Part shown: piece by piece, positions 1 to 12,645 of the stretch
Layout of the letters: each line of letters starts with the position of its first letter
How positions within the stretch are numbered: position 1 is the first letter of the stretch
Source of the DNA: Eledone cirrhosa
Taxonomy: Eukaryota
Assembly: GCA_964016885.1 (NCBI GenBank)
Contig: OZ024752.1
Coordinates: 26,536,001-26,600,000, forward strand
Length of the DNA stretch: 64,000 bases
Direction of reading: 5' to 3'
Notes under the pieces: model-generated
Database searches by the model: none
What the model was told of the DNA's origin: nothing
The model's input: the letters and a program-made list of their open reading frames with translations, nothing else
Program-made: the position numbers and the translations under genes

Positions 1-552
1 GCGCTAACAATACAACAGAACAAATGCGAATAAATAAGGAAAATATGTTTATTCAAAAATATAGACCAACATTAAATAAGGTTTAATATACATTATGTCA
101 ACACCACAATATGACATACACACACACACATAACACCTTCTACTTTAGAAAATAAAAACCCGAACTAAATAAACCTTAAACATACGTTTGCACTGGCAAT
201 ACAATAGCAAACACGAAAAAGTCAGGAAAATATGTTCATTCAAAAATATTCCTACTAAAGGAATCATTTTCCTACACACACACATACACACACACACAAT
301 ATATATATATATATATTCTCTTCATCTTAACATGCTAACCATACTCCCACACACATAACACCCATACACACACATAACAACCCCCACACCTACAACACCC
401 TCCCCATTTCTACTAATAGAACCACTTTCCTACACACATATATATATATACACACACACAAAATATATATTCTCTCTATCTAACATACTCGCACACACAC
501 ACATAACACACAACTCCCTCCCCCATCTCTACTAATAGAATCATCTTCACAT

Positions 553-583
<31 letters not shown>

Positions 584-1270
584 AGCACACACATAAACAC
601 ATATCTTCAGTCTCAATAGAAAATCTGAACTCTGACACCTGAACTCTGACAGCTGGCCATATTCACTGAACCAGAACATTTCTCCCAATCCCTTTTCCCT
701 TGACCACTATCTCTCCATTGTCATAACATTCACTATAAAGACTACAGAATAGTTTTCCAAATAAAGGCGCAAAAATGTAATGAAAACTTGTTCACGTGAC
801 AGCCAAATTTCATTTATAACCAACCAAAAAAAAGCCTTCGTGAGCCTCATTTTTTCAAGTAAAAAGAAATTCAAACACTCATATATGAAAAAACAACCTG
901 TGACAACCCCCCCCCCCCCCCTCTCTTATTTGAAGAACTATTGTAACGCGAACTGGCGCGAAATTTATTATAATTATTGACAAACCAATCAAATTACTTC
1001 TCGAAAAGCCTGGTTTTCGAGCCACTTTTTCCATATAAAACAAGTAACATTTAGAGACCAACCAGATGTGAGAAAAACCACAGACCCTCCATCTCAACTC
1101 ACCTTTTGAAAAGCAGAAGAACTGCGAAACCGGTAAAGGAACCAAATAAATATATATATTTTTAAAAAAAATAAGACTTCAGTTGCATTTTCGATTTCAT
1201 CTCTTTTTCTTTATACTTCCACTCGTGTAGGACACCTCGGTTATTTTTCATTTTGTAAAAAAAACCTCAC

Positions 1271-1324
<54 letters not shown>

Positions 1325-1414
1325 CGAAGGAAGTGTGGTAAGGAACCAGATGGACCATAACAAGAAATTTTGACAAATCCTTTTGACAACTACAATCTTC
1401 CCATATAAGGAATT

Positions 1415-1506
1415 ACTCCTTGAAAAGTTCGGCTATTTATTACGCTAAAAATTCTAATTTAGTCCAGAAATAGCAGTCGAAACGACTTGAGCTCTGCCGT
1501 CGGTGT
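1415..1506 (+). ncRNA. Hammerhead-like motif with U3-A8 core (partly degenerate copy) in a dispersed pLTR-like repeat
   Basis: ACTCC-TTGAAAA-G..GCTATTT..AAATAGC..C-GAAA-CGAC..GCCG-TC-GGTGT; homologous to 13197-13292. Confidence 0.5.
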
Positions 1507-1527
1507 TAAACAATTTCCTATATATAT

Positions 1528-3264
1528 ATATATATGTGAATATAGACATAGAATATTCGAAAATATTCTGTATGTTTATAATAAACATTTTGAAGACCTA
1601 ATCGCTATAGAATAGAATACGTCACGTATTACAATTAGATTCTCGATAAAAGCAAGGGAAGTAATCTACGCGTTTCATTCTTATTAGAAATCTTCAGGAC
1701 TACATATCCAGTGCTTTTATCGAGAATGACACAGCTAGAGACTTATAGAATACTTAGCTGTGTACAGGAACTGGTTTGAAAGAGCGGTTGCCGGTCCGGC
1801 AGAAATTAGAAATTGGAATAAATGCTCTGAAATAGCGATATATATGTGAATATAGACATAGAATATTCGAAAATATTCTGTATGTTTATAATAAACATTT
1901 TGAAGACCTAATCGCTATAGAATAGGATACGTCACGTATTACAATTAGATTCTCGATAAAAGCAAGGGAAGTAATCTACGCGTTTCATTCTTATTAGAAA
2001 TCTTCAGGACTACATATCCAGTGCTTTTATCGAGAATGACACAGCTAGAGACTTATAGAATACTTAGCTGTGTACAGGAACTGGTTTGAAAGAGCGGTTG
2101 CCGGTCCGGCAGAAATTAGAAATTGGAATAAATGCTCTGAAATAGCGATATATATGTGAATATAGACATAGAATATTCGAAAATATTCTGTATGTTTATA
2201 ATAAACATTTTGAAGACCTAATCGCTATAGAATAGAATACGTCACGTATTACAATTAGATTCTCGATAAAAGCAAGGGAAGTAATCTACGCGTTTCATTC
2301 TTATTAGAAATCTTCAGGACTACATATCCAGTGCTTTTATCGAGAATGACACAGCTAGAGACTTATAGAATACTTAGCTGTGTACAGGAACTGGTTTGAA
2401 AGAGCGGTTGCCGGTCCGGCAGAAATTAGAAATTGGAATAAATGCTCTGAAATAGCGATATATATGTGAATATAGACATAGAATATTCGAAAATATTCTG
2501 TATGTTTATAATAAACATTTTGAAGACCTAATCGCTATAGAATAGAATACGTCACGTATTACAATTAGATTCTCGATAAAAGCAAGGGAAGTAATCTACG
2601 CGTTTCATTCTTATTAGAAATCTTCAGGACTACATATCCAGTACTTTTATCGAGAATGACACAGCTAGAGACTTATAGAATACTTAGCTGTGTACAGGAA
2701 CTGGTTTGAAAGAGCGGTTGCCGGTCCGGCAGAAATTAGAAATTGGAATAAATGCTCTGAAATAGCGATATATATGTGAATATAGACATAGAATATTCGA
2801 AAATATTCTGTATGTTTATAATAAACATTTTGAAGACCTAATCGCTATAGAATAGAATACGTCACGTATTACAATTAGATTCTCGATAAAAGCAAGGGAA
2901 GTAATCTACGCGTTTCATTCTTATTAGAAATCTTCAGGACTACATATCCAGTGCTTTTATCGAGAATGACACAGCTAGAGACTTATAGAATACTTAGCTG
3001 TGTACAGGAACTGGTTTGAAAGAGCGGTTGCCGGTCCGGCAGAAATTAGAAATTGGAATAAATGCTCTGAAATAGCGATATATATGTGAATATAGACATA
3101 GAATATTCGAAAATATTCTGTATGTTTATAATAAACATTTTGAAGACCTAATCGCTATAGAATAGAATACGTCACGTATTACAATTAGATTCTCGATAAA
3201 AGCAAGGGAAGTAATCTACGCGTTTCATTCTTATTAGAAATCTTCAGGACTACATATCCAGTGC

Positions 3265-3269
<5 letters not shown>
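1528..3269 (-). mobile_element. 310-bp tandem array (5.6 units) with one hammerhead ribozyme per unit; candidate non-LTR retrozyme
   Basis: The motif TATATGTGAATATAGAC recurs at 1531, 1841, 2151, 2461, 2771 and 3081 (period 310). I saw only about 2 substitutions between units. The array is flanked by (TA)n on both sides and has no ORF. Confidence 0.85.
1661..1703 (-). ncRNA. Type I hammerhead ribozyme, array unit 1 (identical copies at 1971-2013, 2281-2323, 2591-2633, 2901-2943, 3211-3253)
   Basis: Minus strand reads GUAGUC-CUGAAGA-UUUCU AAUA AGAAU-GAAA-CGCG-UA^-GAUUAC. Stem I has 6 bp, the core is intact, stem III is palindromic and the cleavage triplet is GUA. Confidence 0.9.
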
Positions 3270-3300
<31 letters not shown>

Positions 3301-3302
<2 letters not shown>

Positions 3303-3747
3303 TTTATTCAGGTTTGTGGTTCACCACTGTATAGAGCTGGTCTATTCCGTATGGTCAATCGTAATGTAATAATATAGAGAGTACTCAACGTAAAGCAGTT
3401 CAACCGTCTTTGTTTTTGTAGTTGGTGTTGCTATTACGGAGTTAAATATTATAATGAAATGACAGGAGGCTGGATTTGTGTAAATCCTTGAAAGGTTTAT
3501 TATACTGTGATCATTTCAATGACCGGGTTCCGTATGAATCCGGTGATATCATCAGGTATTCGAAATATAATACGTGAATAATACGGGTCCTCGATTTTCA
3601 GCCCCATGGATTTTATCTATTACATTCACGTATTATATTTCGAATACCTGATGATATCACCGGATTCATACGGAACCCGGTCATTGAAATGATCATAGTA
3701 TAATAAACCTTTCAAGGATTTACACAAATCCAGCCTCCTGTCATTTC

Positions 3748-3755
<8 letters not shown>
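3301..3755. mobile_element. Fold-back solo pLTR-like element with hammerhead motif
   Basis: Inverted arms at about 3448-3585 and 3625-3755. Hammerhead-like ATAC-CTGATGA..GAAA-TGATCA-TA-GTAT at 3644-3701 (+). Same family at about 31320-31640 and 32400-32590. Confidence 0.7.
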
Positions 3756-3804
<49 letters not shown>

Positions 3805-5332
3805 AGGTTCATGACCCCGACAGCTGAGCTCCGGCCGTTTCGACAGCTGGATCCGAACAAAGTGTGTAGATTCTGAGAAAATGTGAGTTAGGATCTAGGT
3901 GTCGAAACGGCGGAAACTCAGCCGTCGGCGTCCTAAATCTTCTCATATAACCCACTGTACTACCCCAAGTATCGAGTACTCTGGTGGGTCATGTTCCACC
4001 TGGTATTTTACCACACTAAATGATATAAAAAGGAAGGATATTCTAGAAAGAACAACTAATGCCAAAAAAACGTTTTGTTTTTAAAAACGAAGGACCATAC
4101 ATACTAGAAATACCAGCCAATGAGCAGAAAACACGAGAAAAAGGAAGGACATATATATACATGCAAGAAATAGCAGTCAAAAGCAGCAAAGCAAGACAAA
4201 ATAAGAAGGACAAGCTAGAAATAACATAAAGTATGTGTGTCTATGCGTGTAAAGTGCACACCCGCAACATTTTTGAATCAAATGTTTTAGTTAAGTTAGG
4301 CACGAGTTATCTTCCGTGGCAAAAATATTACATTGTTTAGTGTCTTTATTTCTATTGATTTCTCCACTTCCACTTTTCCTAGTCAATTTAAAGGACAGCA
4401 ATAAGAATGCTAGAAATAGCAGCCAACTAACAAAGAACAAGTTTTAGAAGAAGGACATACGGGAAACGGCAGTCTAAGAGCACAGTACTTCAGAAGTAAG
4501 AAGGACACCTCAGAAAGAGCAGTGAAATACCATCGAAGAACATATATAAATACACACACACACACACACACACACATGTATACATCTATATATAATATAA
4601 CAGAAGGATGTTTATTGGTCAGTTGGTTGGCTGGCTGGCTGGTTGAATCACACGAAAACTACACACATACACACACACACATACACTACACATCTAAAGA
4701 GAGAGAGACACAGAGGAAGAGGCAGAAAGATAGAGACAAGCCGTTATACTGAGAGAGATAAAATTAAAGTGTTAGATATTCAGAGAGGGAGAGGGAGAGA
4801 GAGAGAGCGAGTAACGTCCCAAGAAAGTCTAGGAACGGCTTAAACTATAGATCCTTTGATCTATAGGAAGGTTTAACAATATTGCGTTAGCTTTTATAAA
4901 GTCGTTTTACAGTCTTTGATTTTACAGAACAAAGAAAAATTGATACTACTTGAAATTAATTTATCCTCCAGCTTTTATCCATATACTACTTACAGACCGT
5001 ACTAACGAAACAACACTTCAGGAGCAATGTTATGCGGTATATTGCTGTATGTCAGATGACGTCCTTTGGAGGAGAAAAAGATCACACTAACTATAGTTAT
5101 TTGACAACAGTTAAAATCCAAGACCAATGCTACCATTTAATCAGCAGTTTATTCCCCAGCCTAAAAAGGAAGTTTTATGATTGTTTGTTTATGTCTCTCT
5201 CACACACGATTACTCATTACGGTCTCACCTTATACCAGACAACAGTCGTTTTCTGTTTTATCCGTCTTCTCTTAACTATTGTCCCGGGCGAAGCCGGGTA
5301 CCTCAGCTAGTAAATATATATACACATATATT

Positions 5333-5441
<109 letters not shown>

Positions 5442-5872
5442 GGCCAAGCTAGGAATAACAAAAAGTGTATGTGTGACTGCATGCGTGTGTGTCCTTGGGA
5501 GTAAAGTGCACACCCGCAAAGTTTTTTCATCAAAATTTTCAGCGAAGTAAGACACGAGTTATCTTCCGTGTCAAAAATATTACGTTGTTGGGTGTGTTTA
5601 TATCTATTGATTTTTCCAACTACGCTTTTCCTAGTCTGTTTAAAGGACAGCAATAAGAATGCTAGAAATAGCAGCGAAATACAAGAGCACATATAAAAAC
5701 ACACAAACAGACACACGGGCGCACACACACACACACATTTATTTATATAGGAAAAGAGTCAGGGCACCGACGGCTGTGCTCCGGCCGTTTCAACAGCTTT
5801 CTCTCTACTACCCATAATATCGAGTACTCTGCTGCATGATGGCCCACCTGGTTCCTTACCACACTTCCTTCG

Positions 5873-5938
<66 letters not shown>

Positions 5939-6519
5939 ATATATATGAAAAAGTATGACCCCGACGGCAGAGCTCAAGCCGTTTCGACGGCTATTTCTGG
6001 ACTCTAATATATATATATATATACATATATATCTTTATATGTATGTGTGTGTGTGTGTGTGTGTGTGAAAAAGAAATGACAGATGTATACATGCTAGAAA
6101 TAGCAGAGAAAGACTAGAAAACGAAAAATAAAAAGGACAGTTATAACATCTTATAACAACGAAAGAGCAGAAAGCTAAATAAAAAATTGAAGAAAAATAG
6201 AAGAAATATTTTTTCAAGGGAATTAACAATGATTCGTTCAAAACGTTTGGAGTTATTTCCCTTGAACTAAAATATGTATAAACAAACGACACACGCAATT
6301 TGCGGGTGTGCACTCACACCGACACACACATGTTTTTTTACAATATCTCGCTTGATTTTAAAACGTTTCAAGAAATAAAAATATCAGGGTGGTTGTACGT
6401 TATTTCTGTATCAGGAAGTTTCGACTATTTTTTTTAGATTTGTAATACTTTAGAAATGTAAGATATTTATATATACATATATACCTGTACACCTGCCTAT
6501 ATATGTATGTGTATACATA

Positions 6520-7099
6520 CATGGTGGCTGCCAACTCGTTTTCGAGTACGGCCACTACTTTATATCCATGTAGGAGAACTCCTACCAATGCACTGAACGA
6601 ATGTGACTTTAGTCCAGCCAGCGACTTGAAAAACTCTGGTACAAACACTACACCTGTGACAATTATTGACACAGTGCTAGGCCCATGGTACCATGTGACG
6701 ACAAGGGCAGAGAGATCTCCAGATATAAAGCAATGCCTGTGCCATGAAGCTTTTATAGTGAGCAAAGGCACTGCACAAAGCCAGTCCCACTCTCTTAACC
6801 AAGATGATATTTACCAAAAAGAAGAACAAGTCAACATCATTGGATACCATCAGAGTTTTCTTTCCCCTAGAATTCTGCCTTGACAAAGACTAAGGGGTCA
6901 TCTCTTCCGGTGATTTTGGATGGCCATTGACTCTTAAGAGGTCCTTTGCCCTTTGACAGGTTTTGTTTTTAGTCCTGCAGGATGTCCACAGTCACCCTCC
7001 TCACCAAGAAACCTTGGTGGGGTTGCCAACGACCCGACCATGCGACAGGTTGTACTGGGATACATGTTACCAGTATACATACATACATACATACATACA

Positions 7100-7162
<63 letters not shown>

Positions 7163-7188
7163 GTATATATATGTATATATATATATGC

Positions 7189-7225
<37 letters not shown>

Positions 7226-7244
7226 TATACATATATATATATAC

Positions 7245-7277
<33 letters not shown>

Positions 7278-7880
7278 TATGGTGGCTGCCAACTCGTTTT
7301 CGAGTACGGCCACTACTTTATATCCATGTAGGAGAAACCCTACCGATGCGCTGAACGTGTGTGACTTTTTATTCCAGCCAGCGACTTGAAAACTCTGGTA
7401 CAAACATTACACTTGTGATAATCATTGACACATAGTGCTGGTCCCATGTGACAACAAGTGCAGAGAGATCTCCAGATATAAAGCAATGCCTGTGCCATGA
7501 AGCTTTTATAGTGAGCAAAGGCAGTGTACAAAGCCAGTCCCACTCTCTTGACCAAGATGATATTTACCAAAAAGAAGAACAAGTCAACATCATTGGATAC
7601 CATCAGAGTTGCAGGTGTTATATCAGAGTTTTCCTTCTCCTAGAATTCTGCCTTGACAAAGGCTAAGGGATCATCTCTCCCGGTGATTTTGGATGGCCAT
7701 TGACTCTTAAGAGCTCCTTTGCCCTTTGACAGGTTTTGTTTTTTAGTCCTGCAGGATGTCCAAAGTCACCCTCCTCACCAAGAAACCTTGGTGGGGTTGC
7801 CAGTTTAGTCGCCAACAACCCGACCATGAGACAGGTTGTACTGGGATACATGTTACCAGTAGCACCAACTGGTGACCTGA
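6520..7880. repeat. Two direct copies of a ~560-600 bp interspersed repeat (about 6520-7075 and 7279-7880) separated by microsatellite
   Basis: Both copies start ATGGTGGCTGCCAACTCGTTTTCGAG and run collinearly to GGGATACATGTTACCAGTA with small indels. Confidence 0.8.
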
Positions 7881-7898
7881 CATATATATATATATTTA

Positions 7899-7942
<44 letters not shown>

Positions 7943-8033
7943 TAAATATATATATATATATATACATGTATATATATATATATATTTATATATATGTATA
8001 TATATATGTATATATATATGTATTATATATATG

Positions 8034-8092
<59 letters not shown>

Positions 8093-8099
8093 TTACATA

Positions 8100-8179
<80 letters not shown>

Positions 8180-8182
<3 letters not shown>

Positions 8183-11100
8183 TGTTATACTTTGGGAGGG
8201 TTATGTTGCCAATAAGAAACACACGCACCAGTTGCTTTCACTTCAATTTATTATAATAAATTTATAATACATTTATAAATTTATAAATTTCTGGTTGGTT
8301 GGTTGGTTCCACAACCAGATAGTTGTTTATATATTGTCATAGTTCTTTCGTCACACACTCTGTGACCTCTTCAGTGACTGGGGATTCCTTTCTTTGTTTT
8401 TGTGCCTCTCCTTTGTTCTGTCCTACGCCATTTTGTTTCTGTGTGTGTGTTGTGTGCTCAGTCTGCGCATGCGCCACATCCGGGTGTCTGTGTGTGTTTA
8501 TGTTCATTTATTTATTTGTTTATTTACATGTTACTGGTTGGTTGTTTGTTCTATGTGTGTGTGTGTTTTCATTTTGTCCTTAATTGTAAGTTGTGATGTT
8601 GCTGTTCCACTCATATTTTCTATTTAATTTTGGTTGCAATTCATTTATGTTTATTGCCTCTGTGATTTGTCTAAACAGTGCGTCTTTTCTGTGTGTAGAT
8701 TCTATTTTTATTTCTATGTTCTCTAATTTACCCTTGTGTTCTATTTTAGCATGTTGGTAGAGTACAGATGATTCTTTACTATCTTGAAGGTCTTGCCAGT
8801 GTTCATTTATCCGTTATCCTACACTACGAGCTGTCTCACCTATGTACACTATATTTTTGTCTCTACATTGTCCTTCAGTACATCTTATGCTATACACTAC
8901 ATTTCTAGTTTTACAGTTAATATGGGGGCTTATTTTACAGGTTATACATTTCTTATCTATACATGAGGGTCTTTGAAAAGGGTATGTCTTGCTAATAAGT
9001 GTTTTTACGGAGGTACCTGGTCTTTCTACTATCTTAATATTGAGTTTATGTTTATCTAGGGCCCTTCTAAATTTGTAAGCTAATTCACCTCTAGGGGTTG
9101 TATCGATGAACATTACACTCTGGTATTTATTGCTATCATACCATGAGTTTATTCTATTAGCCTTGTTCCTAGTTCTTTCTATTCTATTCCAAAATTTGCT
9201 CCTATACAAGGGGCAGGTCCCATTTATGTCATTATTTACCATTTTTTCCCATTTGGTTCTGGCTCCTCTATACACTCAGATTTTATCTCTCTGATTGTAG
9301 CCAGAGAACTGCATACGGTGGATGAAGTGTTGTATGTGTATCTCTAGTTCTTCGGGGTTGCACATGTGGGACACGTTTCTCATCACCCGTACCAAATCCG
9401 CAATCAGTATGTTGATTTTGGTATGGTCCGAAACGGCCGAGTTTCGGTGGATCAGATGTTTGGAAGTCATGGGTTTGGCATAATGGGAATGGAGGATTTG
9501 TTTTTTGTTATTAATGGTATCTAACCAGAGCTTTGTGTCTAGTACAGATAATCGATGTTTGGGGTGTTTACTTGGGTAGTCTATAGTAACTCTAATACTC
9601 TGGTGGATGGAGTTAGCTATTTGCTGGATGCTTTCCATTGTGTTTTTCTCTAGTTCCTGACTGTTCTCTAGTGGGGGTGTCTTAACTACGATGTTTATAT
9701 CATCAACGTAGCGGGAGTACATTATCAGGGTTAAGGGGTCTTCAAAATTGTTCTTTAAGTTTAAGTTTAAGTCTACTGTCCCACCATACCATGAATAAGT
9801 TAGCTATTTCGCCTGCAATGCTAACACCAATGGCTGCTCCTTCCTCTTGGGCATATGTTTTTCCATTAAATTTGAACATATGTTCCTTAAGGGTTAGTTT
9901 TATGCTGGCCCCTACCGCATGTGCAATCATTTTCTTCAGTTCATCGTGGTTTTCGGGTGTCCGTATGGCTCTGGTCTACCCGTTCCATCTATCTGAGTGG
10001 GTTTTCTTGGCCATTGAGGTAATGGTAGGTGGTCTGCCTCTTGCTGGTCTTGTAGGGCACAGGTTGCTAAGGTCATATGTGTCTAGGTAATTATTACTAT
10101 AGGTAAGTTTAAGTAGGAGTCCCATCTCACTGGTATCAATCCCACGGAACTCAACATTGCTCTCACTGATCATTTCTACGCATTTCTCCACAGCAAAATC
10201 CACGTCAATAGATGGATACAGGGACACAACATCCATACTACCTATTATGCAGTTTGTTAGGTCCCTAGATCGGTTACTCTCGCCGATTCTGCTGAGGAGG
10301 TCCTCCGTGCTGTCACATACATCTGGGGACATTTCAATGATGGGGCGTATGATCATGGAGTGGAAGTAGGACAGTCTGTAGTTACTAGCAATGTTAGCTC
10401 CACAGACTGGCCGTGTTGGTGGTCCCGCGACAGGGTCACTGCCGGTTTTATGGTCTTTTTGAAGCCCATACAACGCCGGAACGTCATTGTTCCAGGCCTG
10501 GAAGTTGTTGGCAGTCCTTTTGTTGGGCTGCATTATATTCGTCCACATCACCATATGGGCATTGAGGGCTTTTTCCCTATCCTCATGCTCCTGTGGTGTT
10601 ACCTCTCTTGTGTTAGTGATGTGGGGTTGCATTGCCTGGATGTAGTTTGTCAGGCTGTCAACCGACATTCTGCCAGACTTGTCTGTTGGAAAGCATGCTA
10701 TCTCTCCATTACGCGAGCGCTGCATGAGCTTACGCATGCCATTTGCAGATTTTTCTCCCAGTTGCTGGGCCTCCATTCTATTATGCTTCTTGCTATACTG
10801 TTCTATAATATTTCTAAGTTCGGATCTAGCTATACTAAATTGTGCTTCTGTTTGTTCATCGACCTGCGACGGCAATTGCGTGCGTTTGTTAAATGGTAAA
10901 GTCGTAGCGTGGACTCGTCGGAAGTCGAACGATTTATCGGAGGGATTATAAAAAGTAGAGTTCCCGGCTGCTGCTTTATGTGTACTAGTGCTATTGTTAT
11001 TGTTAGTTGTGTTGTTTCTATTTCTATTTCTATTTCCACCAACAGCCTCATGGTTGTTTCTATGTCTCTCATAATTACTCCTGTCTCTTTCCACTGGCTC

Positions 11101-12645
11101 ATTGTTGTTATCTACCCTATTTTGTGTGTCTGTGTGTTCGTCTTGGTTATTTTCTTTGTCCTTAGTCTCCCTTCTCCTTTTAATCCTATTACTTTCCCTT
11201 ATTTCTGTGATTTCTGTACTACTGTCATTACTTGTTTTCTGTGTCTGTGTGTTTGTTAAGATTGTGGTGGTGGTGGTGAGAGGCATTGAATGTGTGTGTG
11301 TTGTTGTTGTTGATGTGTGCTGTTGTTGATGTGTGTTGTTGTTGTCTCCGTGTGTGTTATTATTGTTGTGTGTGTTGTTATTGTTGTTTGTGTCTGCGTG
11401 TCTGTTGTTGTTGTTTCTGGGTATGTTATTATTGTTGTTGTTGTTGTTGGTGTTGGTGTGTGTGTTGTTGTTATTGTTGTTTGTGTCTGTGTGTCTGTTG
11501 TTTTTGGGATGTGTGTTGTATATGTGTGTGCGTATATTGTTACTTTTGTTTTTATTTTTGTTTTTGTTTTTGAGGCTTCAGCGTAGTTTTGTAAATTATT
11601 TTTCTATTTCTGACAGACAACTAATCATATTTACCTTCTTGAATGTCGCAAATTTCGGTGGTAAAAGTAATACAGATAACTCATCGTCATCTATTACCGT
11701 GTTGCCGTATATATTTGTGTTGTTGTTGTTGTTGAACTCATCTGTTAATGAGGTGTCGGCCATATTTATACCGTCAATTTTGTCGGGATATCTATTGGTA
11801 TTCTCGACAGTATCCCGATTTAGCTTTATCTGCTTAAGCCACTTTAGTTTCTTGTTAAAGTGCTTATCACATTCTTGAGTCCTGTACTGTTCTTCAGGAC
11901 GTATAAGGCTTATAAATATTAGTTTCTCTCTTGGTGTGGTGATCCTAGCTATTTCTTGTATTAGGTTACGCTTATGTTTTTCTTGATAACTTAATTCTCT
12001 ATAGATCTTCTTTTTTATGTTTAGAATTAGTGTTCGTTTTAACCTATCTGCTTGTTTTTTGGTGAGTTGTAATCTTCTTACGTCGGTGTTGATGGTGTTG
12101 GTGTAAACTCGGGACGAGGCACATTCTTTTATGAAGTGTAGTTGTCGAGATGTTATGGTTTTTCGTAGACAACAGAACATGGTGGTTTTCAGTATCTTGT
12201 TAGCCTGGCTAAGGCTTACGATATTTCGTTTCTGAATTTGTTTAGCAAGATTCTTTATCTGAAATCGTGTGTTGAAACCGATATTGTTATACTTTGGGAG
12301 GGTCATGTTGCCAATAAGAAACACACGCACCAGTTGCTTTCACTTCAATTTATTATAATAAAGTCATAATAAATTTATAAATTTATAAATTTCTGGTTGG
12401 TTGGTTGGTTCCACAACCAGATAGTTGTTTATATATTGTCATAGTTCTTTCGTCACACACTCTGTGACCTCTTCAGTGACTGGGGATTCCTTTTTTTGTT
12501 TTTGTGCCTCTCCTTTGTTCTGTCCTACGCCATGTTGTTTCTGTGTGCGTGTTGTGTGCTCAGTCTGCGCATGCGCCACATCCGGGTGTCTGTGTGTGTT
12601 TATGTTCATTTATTTATTTGTTTATTTACATGTTATTGGTTGGTT
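8180..12645 (-). mobile_element. Near full-length Penelope-like retroelement (Neptune-type; RT + C-terminal GIY-YIG) with direct pLTRs; degenerate
   Basis: ORF pieces from 12330 to ~8625 include PTDKSG, GSMDVVSLYPSI, QEEGAAIG, RYVDD, a Cys linker and VVYSIRC..YIGETARS. pLTR direct repeats at about 8180-8545 and 12282-12645. Several stops and a frameshift. Confidence 0.95.
8336..8378 (-). ncRNA. Minimal hammerhead ribozyme in the 3' pLTR (second copy 12438-12480 in the 5' pLTR)
   Basis: GUCA-CUGAAGA-G GUCAC..GUGAC-GAAA-GAAC-UA^-UGAC, on the same strand as the PLE ORF. Confidence 0.75.

Noticed and set aside
1528-3269. 310-bp array as a CRISPR array or 5S/snRNA gene cluster
   Set aside because: Units are identical with no unique spacers, the context is eukaryotic, and I recognised no 5S, snRNA or tRNA sequence.
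8180-12645. LTR retrotransposon or Naiad-clade assignment
   Set aside because: No gag, protease or integrase. The GIY-YIG domain is C-terminal, whereas Naiad elements carry it N-terminally.
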